Shown here: positions 55,397 through 64,000 of the stretch, piece by piece
How the letters are laid out: every line of letters starts with the position of its first letter
Numbering within the stretch: position 1 is the stretch's first letter
The notes under the pieces: model-generated
Seen by the model: the letters and a program-made list of their open reading frames with translations, nothing else
What the model was told of the DNA's origin: nothing
Databases searched by the model: none
Source of the DNA: Prasinococcaceae sp. CCMP 1430
Lineage: Eukaryota > Plantae > Prasinodermophyta
DNA: 64,000 bases
Direction of reading: 5' to 3'
Assembly: GCA_013416795.1 (NCBI GenBank)
Contig: RQSC01000116.1
Coordinates: forward strand, 9,616 to 73,615
Position numbers and translations under genes: made by a program

Positions 55397-55953
55397 GTCG
55401 AGCACGCTCGCGCACTCCCGCGCACTCGCAAACGCGGTCGGTGGGGGCACGCGGAGAGCTCGCGTCCGCGCGGCCCCTGGGCCCGGCGCGGGCCGCGCGC
55501 CCGGCGCGCCTTGTGCCTCCTCTCCCTCCCTTCAACTCCACACCTCCCGCATCCTCGTTTCTCCTCCTGGCCTACCGTTGCCCGCCTCTGCCCGCCGCCG
55601 CCGCCCCGTGCCGTGCGAGCCTGCGGGCGCGCATGCGGCGGGGGGAACTCAAGCACATGGCGCACATGCAAACTAACAATGCGGTGGATGGTGGGGTCCT
55701 CGCCGCTCGTGCAAACACCAAAGCGAACTGAACTCGCACGACGAGTTTATGGTGCGTTCGAATTCAGCTGATGAAGCAATTTCGTACAGTAGTACAGTAC
55801 TACCAAGTACATGTACACGGTTATTTATGTAGGGTTTGATTGCTGGATGTGTTTTTGATATCGTTTGAGGTGTGCGCTTGGGCGCAAAGGTTTGGGTTCG
55901 TGCCAGGACGGCCGCGTTCCCCGATTCGGCGAGCGAGCGCATCCAACGCGAAC

Positions 55954-57670
55954 CTACCTGGCGACATGCAGCTTCACGCTGTCGCCGAAAGAGGTGTTTC
56001 CGAACGCCTCGGTGGCGCGCCGAAGCGCTCGTTGGTACGCCGAAGCGCGCGCGCCCTGTGCCACGCGCGGCGGAGGTGCAGCCTCGGCAGCGGCGCGCGC
56101 CGTGCGGGCGCGTGCCGCCGCAGCTGCAGAGCGCATGGCCGCGCGTTTCGCCTCGGCCGCCGCCGTCATGCTCGCAGCGAACGCCTCCGAGTCTAGGTCA
56201 CCTCCCGCTGCGTCATCCTGCGGACAGATGGATTTGGCCCACGGGCGCAGCGTGAGCAAACGAGGGCGCCTATGCATTGGAGCGCCGAAACGCCAGCGCG
56301 TGCGAGCCAACACCACCACGCCCGTGACATCCTACATCTGCACCCCAACGCACCTCCAGCTCGTCTTCGCTGCCCCCCGCAGGGTCATCCTGCGCGTCTG
56401 CTGTTGCTAAAAGCACCCGCGGCGCGGCCTGTTGCGCCTCAGCCGCGGCGTCAGTAGCGAGCGCAGCCTCGCCGGCGCCGGTCGCCTCGAACACCTCGGC
56501 GACGGATGCTGGTAGGGGTGGCGGGATCTCGCCGGCGATACCAAGCACGTCCGCTCGCCACTTACGGCGCTCGCGCATCCTCTCTCGTGCGGCCGCGAGC
56601 AGTCTTGGCAGCTTAGTTGTGTCCACGACCGCATCGGAAGGCGCCACGAAAGCGGCCGGCGCGCCGAGTCCCCAGCTGAGCTCTTCATTCGCAGCGGCTC
56701 GCGCGACGGGCGGGGCGGAGCAAATAGGCGCTGCGGGAGCTGTGGGCGGTGGAACTACCGCTTGCGCGACGTGTGGCGCCTGCACGCCCCCATGCGCTGG
56801 CTCCGACTGCTGCTGAAGCTGCTCCCGTGATTGCTCGGGCAGATGCTGCTGCTGTGCCTGCTGTGCTCGAGCAGCGGCCGCAGGAGACCTTGCAGAAGGC
56901 AGGGTGGTGTCGCGCACTTGCATGAGTGCGCTCGGTCGCACAGCAGGCGTGGGTACCGCATCGGGCCCGACATAGTCCGGCGTAACGTACCCAGACGTGA
57001 GCTGCTCGTCCAATAGCTGCGGCACGCTGTGAATGCTACCGCTTTCGTTGCCGCTGCGCTCAGCTCGCAGCGCGGCTGCGACAGCCGCTTCGATCTCGGC
57101 GTCGCGCGCATTCGCGGGTATCGATCCGCCGCTGTCGTCAGCGCGAGCCGTCGCCCGCTTGTCCGTGACCCCCGTGCTCCCGTCAGCAAAAGAGGCCACG
57201 GCTTGCCTGTCGTCGTGCATGAGAGCGCGCACCTCGCCGCGGATGGCCACCGAATCGTGGTAGACCCTCCGGAGCGCGTGCAGTGTCTTTGCACGCGCCG
57301 CTGCGGCGAGGCGAGCATCAGCGGACGGAGTGGCTCCAGCCACGAGCGCGCTTGTCGAAAAGGGGGCCGCGGCGACCGTTGCAGTGCGGCACAGCCACGG
57401 CGTAGCTGTTGGCACGGCAGCCATGCGCACGCTCACGTGTGCTGCCCGCGCCTGCGCCCGTGCCCGCGCCCCCGCCTCCGCGGCGACCGTGGCAGCGCTG
57501 CTCGAGTCCGCTGCGGCGCGGTCGAATGCCCGCAAGTACGCGTCGAGCTCCACGCCCGCAGCCCCGCCACGGGACCCGCTACCACCGCGGCCGCCGCCAA
57601 GCACGTCGCGCGCGCTCTCTCCGCTGCCGAGCAGCCACTGGCGCGTCGCGGCCACGTCCGACGCCGCCAT
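55954..57670 (-). CDS. Hypothetical protein; intron 56218-56353
   Basis: Long GC3-rich ORF; GTGCGT donor and CGCAG acceptor join the 55954 ORF. Confidence 0.55.
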
Positions 57671-58280
57671 TCCCCCTCCCGAGCGCTCAGCCACTCCCTT
57701 CGAGGCACACACTCGAGGCACACAGGCAGATCCTCTCAAGCACTGCCCGGCCCCTCGCAGCCCAGCGCGACCCAAGCCCGCCCGGCCCTGCCCAAGCCCG
57801 TTTGCAACCTTCCTGCTAGCTCCTCGGGCGTAGCTGTCCCTCCCCGCCTCGGCGTCCGCGCTGTGGCGCGCGCCCAGGCGCTTGCCGCCGCGTTCGAACT
57901 GTGCCGCATGCGCCTACGCTCGGGGAACGCGATCACTTCGGCCGGAGTTCGGATGCAGATCCTGGTTGCCGCAATCCGAATCGGCTGCGGCGGAGGAGAC
58001 GCCCGTGGGTAAGAATGAACCAAATGATTGGTAAAGCGCGTCAAAAACTGCGGAAAGGCAGTGATGAGGTGTGTGCGTCGGCGAGAAACGGGTGCATAGG
58101 GCGCGCCTGGCTGGGCCCGACTTGGGGGAAGGCGCTCGAGGCAATGAAACCCATGCCGGTGCGCGCGCTCTCGCGCGGCAGAGCCGGCCCTGGCCTCGCC
58201 TTGGCAGGGGCCCGCTAAGCCGACCGACGCTGCAGGAGGAGTGAGGGCGGGGTCGGGTGACATTGTTTCTTACAGCGGGC

Positions 58281-59513
58281 TCAGATCTTCTTCACGATCT
58301 GCACGACATCTTCGTCTTCCAAAATGTGCTCCTTGCCCACGCGCTGCGGCTTGTGTTTCGCGCTCAATCCCCACACCTGTGCGAACTTGAGGTCGTTCAG
58401 CAACGTCTTGTGGATGCGCATACAAAAGTCCTCCACCTTGGCCTTGCTGGCCGGCAGCACAACGGGCTCTTCGAAATCGGGCATCATGCCCTTGGGCTTG
58501 GTGTAAATGCGCTTGAGGTTGAGCTTCTCCCAGATACGCTCGAGTAGGCCGTCCAGATTCCACTCATGCTGCGCGCAGATGGGGCAGCAGTTCTCCATCT
58601 TGTCGACGAGCTCGAGCTCTTCCTTGGTGATCTGGTCGATCTTGTTCAGCACGTACAGCACCGGAATGTACACCACGCCGCGCCCCTTGCCCTCACTCAT
58701 CTCCACAACGTCGACGAGGTCGTCGGTAGACACCTCCTCCTTCAGGTACACGTCCGCGTTGTGGACTGTGCGCGGCGGGGAAGCAGCGCCCGCGTCAGCA
58801 TGAGGCGCGAGGGGCCATGAGAGGCAGGTTTGGGGGCGCTTCCGCCCTGCTCGCATGCGCGCAGCGCGCGGCGGCGACCCGCGGCCGCGCCACGCACTCT
58901 TATACTCGCTGAGGATGCTCTTGACCGTCTCGAGCGTGATTTCCCCGCTCGTGGCGCTGTTGTTGAAGTTGATGCCGCCCTTCTCCTTCTTGCGAAAGAC
59001 GATGTTGGGCGGCTTTTTGTTGATGCGGATGCCGAAACCTTCCAGCTCCTTCTCGATGAGCGCCTTGTGTGTCATTGGCTTCATCACGTCGAGCACGATC
59101 AGGATCAGCGAGCACGTGCGCGCGGTGGCGATGACTTGGCGACCGCGGCCCTTGCCGTCCTTCGCTCCTTCGATAATCCCCGGCAGGTCCAACAGCTGGA
59201 TCTTGGCGCCCATGTAGCGGATGACGCCTGGCACACACGTGAGCGTGGTGAACTCGTAGCTGGCAGCCTCTGAGAACGTGCCCGTGAGCTTTGTCAACAG
59301 CGTGGACTTTCCCACCGAAGGGAAGCCCACGAGGCCCACGCGCGCGATGCCGGTCGACTTGACGTCGAAGCCCTCGCCCTTCCCGCCCCCGCCGCCGCCC
59401 GCCGGGTCCTCGAGCAGCTCGCGGCGCAGCTTCGCGAGCTTGGCCTTGAGGAGGCCGAGGTGGCCCGAGGTCGCCTTATTCTTCTGCGTGCGGGCCATCT
59501 CATCCTCGATCTC
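58281..59513 (-). CDS. DRG1: Developmentally regulated GTP-binding protein (DRG); intron 58766-58897; first exon not found
   Basis: [44 protein letters not shown] domain. Confidence 0.95.
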   Translation of the reverse strand, partial: EIEDEMARTQKNKATSGHLGLLKAKLAKLRRELLEDPAGGGGGGKGEGFDVKSTGIARVGLVGFPSVGKSTLLTKLTGTFSEAASYEFTTLTCVPGVIRYMGAKIQLLDLPGIIEGAKDGKGRGRQVIATARTCSLILIVLDVMKPMTHKALIEKELEGFGIRINKKPPNIVFRKKEKGGINFNNSATSGEITLETVKSILSEYKSAWRGRGSPPRAARMRAGRKRPQTCLSWPLAPHADAGAASPPRTVHNADVYLKEEVSTDDLVDVVEMSEGKGRGVVYIPVLYVLNKIDQITKEELELVDKMENCCPICAQHEWNLDGLLERIWEKLNLKRIYTKPKGMMPDFEEPVVLPASKAKVEDFCMRIHKTLLNDLKFAQVWGLSAKHKPQRVGKEHILEDEDVVQIVKKI

Positions 59514-59639
59514 CTGCAGTTCCGCGCAGGCGCGCAGCCGGCAGCCGGTGGGCCGAGTGCGGGGCGCAGCGTCAGGGGCGCTGCGCAACGCCCGCGTGGC
59601 AGCGCCCGTCCCCGCGCCGCCGTCCCCGCTGCGGCCGCC

Positions 59640-60075
59640 GCGGCCTTCGCCGTTGAGACCATCCTCGCGAAGCTCGGGCTGTTAGAGGACAGAGCGCCGG
59701 ACGGGTCGACGGCCGCGTTCGCTGCCGGGGCCGGCAGGGACGGGGATCCGTTTGCCTTCGCGGCCACGCAGAGCGAATTCGCTGGCGGTGGCCTAACACG
59801 CGGGCGCTTGGTTGAAATGCGCCACTTGGCGCCGCTATTGTCAGACGCAGATTTGGAGCACGTGCTTCGTTCGTTCGTGAAGGCGCAGGAGCGGCGAGAG
59901 TGTGCTGGCGCGCGCTGGTGGGTTGACGCCAACGACACGGATGTCACCGGTGCGCCGAACGCGACGAGCAACGTCGGAGCGCGTCAGTGTGAGTTCACGG
60001 GCTCGGTGATCAACGCCGGCCTTTTCAAGACAGGGACCACGTCTACCACGGCTGCTCTCAAGAAGCTCGGATACC
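59640..60075 (+). other. P-loop sulfotransferase-family fragment ending at the N gap
   Basis: VINAGLFKTGTTSTTAALKKLGY PAPS-binding motif immediately before the N at 60076. Confidence 0.6.
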
Positions 60076-60200
60076 NAGAGCGCGGTGCCGCCCGCCGCCG
60101 CTGCGGCCTGCACGCGCGCGCGCGCTGACGCCTGCGCCTGCGCACAAACCGCCCCAACGGCTGCCGCCCTGTCCCGTCCCCCGTGCGCGCCCGCCTACAG

Positions 60201-61366
60201 ATGCGCAGCGGTTTCCGGAAGTGGACGAGGTCGTCATGGTGCAGGTGCGGGCGCTGTCGCTGCCGCGCCGCCGAGACCGTGACTGCGCCGCTGCGGGTGC
60301 CGCCACCGCCGCGAGCTCTGAGGAGGGGACATTTGCTGTAGGGTTCGCGCCGCTGCCGCACCGTGGGCGCGTCCGTGCGCCGGCTGTGCTCGGCCGCGCC
60401 GATCCCCTCGTGAACTGCGCACGCTCGCTCCGCCTCGCGCGGTGGGTCGTCCTGACCCCTCTCTCTCCTTCACAGGTCAAGAGCATCGCAGAGATGGGAG
60501 CGTACGTGTCCCTGCTCGAGTACAACAACATCGAAGGCATGATCCTGCTCTCCGAGCTGTCGCGCCGCCGCATCCGCTCGATCGGCAAGCTTCTGAAGGT
60601 CGGCCGCCAGGAGCCGGTCATGGTGCTGCGCGTGGACAAGGAGAAGGGCTACATCGACCTGTCGAAGCGCCGCGTGAGCCCGGAGGACGTCGAGGCCGCG
60701 GAGGCCAAGTACAACAAGAGCAAAATGGTGCACTCGATCATGCGCCACGTGAGCGAGACCGAGGGCGTGCAGCTGGATTACTTGTACGAGCAGCTTGGCT
60801 GGCCGCTGTACAAGAAGTACGGCCATGCGTACGGCGCCTTCCAGCAGATCGTGACCGACCCCACCGTGCTGGATGGGCTGACGCGCGTGGATGAGGAGGG
60901 CAACGAGGTGGCGTGCGAGCAGCTCGAGGCCAACGTGCGCACTGCGCTGCTCAAGGGAATCAAACGCCGCATGACCCCGCAGCCGCTCAAGATCCGCGCG
61001 GATCTGGACATCACGTGCTTCGACTTCGATGGCGTACTCCGCATTCAGGACGCGATGCGGGCCGGTGAGGCCGCGAGCACCGAGGAGTGCCAGGTGAAGT
61101 GCAAGCTGGTGGCGCCGCCACTGTACGTGCTCGCCACGTCCACCCTCAACAAGGAGGAGGGCATCACTGCGCTGGAGAAGGGCATCGAGGCGATGCAGGC
61201 CGTCGAGGGTGTGCGGCTCATCGTCAAGGAGGCGCCGCGCGCAATTTCCGAGCGCGACGACCGGCTGCTCGCCAAGCAGCTCGAGGATCTGGCCAACCAA
61301 AACCAGGAGCAGGACGGCGACGAGGACGAGGAGGAGGAGGGCATGGGCTCGCTGCCGGATGTGTAG
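60201..61366 (+). CDS. eIF2S1: Translation initiation factor eIF2 alpha; intron 60245-60475; first exon lost in the gap
   Basis: FPEVDEVVMVQ|VKSIAEMGAYVSLLEYNNIEGMILLSELSRRRIRS, RVDKEKGYIDLSKRRV. Confidence 0.96.
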
Positions 61367-61549
61367 GCGGCGCGCCGTGCACAAACACACACATTGTAAT
61401 TCGAACGAGCCACGCGCGGCCATCGACAAGTGCTGACGCGCGGCTCCAATGGGCGCGAGCTGACCTGGCCGTCTCGGCACTGTTGCGCGTGGTGTGTCAT
61501 ATTATTAGGGGTGCCGCGAAGCGCTGAGCTCTTGCCGCAACGGCGCTGC

Positions 61550-64000
61550 TCACTTGGCTGGCGCCGCCTCCGCGTCGGCGTCGGCGTCGGGCGCGCGGAG
61601 GTGCGGCAGCTGCGCGGTCCACGCCTGCAGCTCCTCACGTTCCTCCTCGGTGACGGGCTCGTACTTGGCGAGGTGCGCGATAAACTCGCTCACACACAGC
61701 GGCTTCTCCCGCAAGCGCGAGATGCGGCGCGGCGTGAGGACGGCGCGAATGACGTTCTGGATGGTGCCTGGCGTGTGGTTGGTGCTGATGTGCGCCAGCG
61801 TGGAGATGTCGAAGGCGTGATCGAGGCGGCCGCCGTGCTTGACCAATAAGCTCTCGTATAACGACTGGACGCTCCCGTAGTCGGGGACGGGCGTGTATAT
61901 GACCTTGTCGAAGAAGTCCATGAAGGCCTTGTTGTCCTTGACCGCCTTGCCTTTGGGCTTCGGGCCCAGGATGAGCTGTGGCTTGTTAGAGTTGCCCACG
62001 ATGACCACTTGCTCACCCGGGCTCAGCGATTTGTACTCCTTGAGAAGCTCCTTCTTGATGCGCCCAGGCGCCTCCTTTGTGCCGAACTCCTTCACCATCT
62101 TCTTGTCGCTCACGAAGACCTTCTCTGCCTCGTCGATGTAGATGATGGCCGGCGCCATGGTGCGCGCGACCTTGAACACCATGTGTATGAGCAGGTTGAC
62201 GGCCTTGCCAGGGTACTTGGTGTCGGTGTTGCGCGGTGACAGGTTGAAAAATGTGGCGCCCGTGGCCGCAGCGGCCGCATGTGTGAGCAAGGTCTTGCCC
62301 GAGGCTGACGTGCCATACAGCAGCACCGCCTTCGTGGGTGGCGCCTTGCGGTGCACCTCCTTGGATCCCAGCGGCAGCACGACGTACTCGGTCACCTGCT
62401 GGCGCACCTGCGCCATTGAGGGCTGCGGGGTCGCGTTGGCGCTCTCCAGCGTCGCGCCCAGGTAGTTGAACGCGCCCACGTAGTCGGCGATCTCATGCTG
62501 CGGGTAGGGCTGGATGATGTTGTTCATCACAAGCTCTGAGTACAGACTCTCAATGGAGCGGTCTGCGGTGGGGTCCTTCTTTCCCTTGCCTTTCTTGCCC
62601 TTCTTGCCCTTGTCCTGCTTCCCCTTCTTCCCCTTCTTTCCCTTCTTTCCTTTCTTGCCCTTTCCTTTCTTCTTCTTGCCCTTCTTGCCCAGTTTGACGG
62701 CGCGCTCGGCCTCAACCATCTCCTTGAGGTTCTGCAGCAGCACGATCATCTCCCGATCGACCTCTTGGCGAATCTCCTCGAGCACTACCGGCCGCAAGTC
62801 GTCCTTGACCAGCTCGGCGTCGTACTTCTGGAAAAAATTGGCGCTGTCGTCCTTTCCCTGCCATGTTCCCAGGTACTCGGCGACAGCGTCATGAATGTCC
62901 TGCAGAAATATGTTGGGTAGCGCCTCCTCGTCGCTCGCGTCCTCCTCCTCTGTGTCCTTCTTGCCGGCTTTGCCGCCCTTGCCTTTGGCACCCTTGCCTT
63001 TGGCGCCCTTGCCCTTGGCGCCCTTGCCCTTGGCGTCCTTGCCTTTGGCGCCCTTGCCCTTGGCATCCTTGCCCTTGGCATCCTTGCCCTTGGCGTCCTT
63101 GCCCTTGGCGTCGGCCTTCGCATCCCCTCCTTCCGTGTCCTCCGGCTCCTCCTTGGGTGGCGGATTCAGAATGAGTTTGGAGCCGCCCTCGTCTTGGCTA
63201 GGGAAGTCCGGGTAGTTACCCGACTCGGGGTTGCGATTCTCCACGAACCACGTGTTGATCTTGTCCTGGATCGTCTCGCGCATCTCCTGCCCCTCGACGT
63301 CGCGCACCTTGGCCTTGAGCGTCACAATCGCGTTCTCGTACTCGGTGAAGTTGTCAGCTTGCACAAGGCGGCGCCGTTCGAGGTTCTTGTGCACCTTGAG
63401 CACCGGGTCGACCGCGGCGTCTCGCGACGGCTTGCGCATGCCAATGAACACCAGCTCTGAGTGCATGGCCTGGCGCATGCGCAGGCGCGCGAGCCAGCCG
63501 CGAACGGCCGCCTGAACGCGCACGGCGGCCTCTGCGCGGCTCATTGGCTCCACGCCCATTCGTTGGAGCCGCAGCTCGTGCGCTTGCTGCTCCTTGATGG
63601 AGCGCATCACGCGCGCGCGCTCCCGCCCCTGCCGGCCGCGCTCGTTGACCTGGATGACGCGGATGGCCTCGTCCTCGTCGAGTGGAAGGAGGACAGGCGG
63701 CCCGTGCTCCTCAGGCACGCTCACCTGGAACTTTTCTATGAGCGCCCCGAGGAACTTTTTGCGCTCGCCCAGCTCCTTTGAGCGGTCCTCGGTGAAGAAC
63801 TTCGGCACCGTGACCTCGAGCACGTCGGGTGTCAACTTGAGGTCCACCAGGATGCTGTCGAGGTGCACCACGTCGTTGCCACCGTTGAGCTTGACCATCG
63901 CAGCGCGCACCTCGAGCACACGGCCCATGCACGCCTCCAGCGCCTTCTTCACCGTAAAACGCTTCTGCGGGTGCACCATTTGGTCGTAGCACTCGCTCAG
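61550..64000 (-). CDS. IQCA1: IQ and AAA domain-containing protein (IQCA1/DRC11); 5' end outside the window
   Basis: MVHPQKR..ACMGRVLE, IQVNERGRQGR, KDPTADRSIESLY, LLYG..GKT, FFNLSP, IYIDEAEKVF. Confidence 0.9.
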   Translation of the reverse strand: MSECYDQMVHPQKRFTVKKALEACMGRVLEVRAAMVKLNGGNDVVHLDSILVDLKLTPDVLEVTVPKFFTEDRSKELGERKKFLGALIEKFQVSVPEEHGPPVLLPLDEDEAIRVIQVNERGRQGRERARVMRSIKEQQAHELRLQRMGVEPMSRAEAAVRVQAAVRGWLARLRMRQAMHSELVFIGMRKPSRDAAVDPVLKVHKNLERRRLVQADNFTEYENAIVTLKAKVRDVEGQEMRETIQDKINTWFVENRNPESGNYPDFPSQDEGGSKLILNPPPKEEPEDTEGGDAKADAKGKDAKGKDAKGKDAKGKGAKGKDAKGKGAKGKGAKGKGAKGKGGKAGKKDTEEEDASDEEALPNIFLQDIHDAVAEYLGTWQGKDDSANFFQKYDAELVKDDLRPVVLEEIRQEVDREMIVLLQNLKEMVEAERAVKLGKKGKKKKGKGKKGKKGKKGKKGKQDKGKKGKKGKGKKDPTADRSIESLYSELVMNNIIQPYPQHEIADYVGAFNYLGATLESANATPQPSMAQVRQQVTEYVVLPLGSKEVHRKAPPTKAVLLYGTSASGKTLLTHAAAAATGATFFNLSPRNTDTKYPGKAVNLLIHMVFKVARTMAPAIIYIDEAEKVFVSDKKMVKEFGTKEAPGRIKKELLKEYKSLSPGEQVVIVGNSNKPQLILGPKPKGKAVKDNKAFMDFFDKVIYTPVPDYGSVQSLYESLLVKHGGRLDHAFDISTLAHISTNHTPGTIQNVIRAVLTPRRISRLREKPLCVSEFIAHLAKYEPVTEEEREELQAWTAQLPHLRAPDADADAEAAPAK
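62975..63115 (-). repeat. 15-nt coding tandem repeat (KGKDA/KGKGA)n
   Basis: About 9 copies of gccaagggcaaggac/ggc. Confidence 0.85.

Noticed and set aside
4201-60475. Introner-like repeated introns
   Set aside because: Introns share only donor, branch and acceptor motifs; no extended identity was visible by eye

Overview
This is GC-rich eukaryotic nuclear DNA with short GT-AG introns (donors GTGCGY/GTRCG, CTGAC-like branch sites) and very compact intergenic spacers. The gene content points to a prasinophyte-like green alga (inference): plastid-targeted WCRKC thioredoxin, VTE6, PRDA1-like, LSMT-like SET protein and MurG, plus mitochondrial ATP synthase epsilon and a CHCH protein. About 30 protein-coding genes are recognisable. 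I saw no rRNA, tRNA, CRISPR array or intact transposase. The main oddities are: (1) a fixed-spacing motif TGAYRT-N7-AMACCCT found five times in AT-rich intergenic islands, twice as the arms of a ~157-bp palindrome and twice in a tandem duplication; (2) an intron-containing nuclear murG, suggesting plastid peptidoglycan; (3) a single in-frame TGA separating a TPR ORF from an ADK-like/IQ ORF; (4) a BRE1 RING missing two zinc ligands; (5) a VOC enzyme with a His-rich insertion; (6) a foreign ~450-600-bp gene fragment beside each of the three single-N gaps, most likely assembly chimeras. All family calls come from motif recognition by eye; no searches were run.
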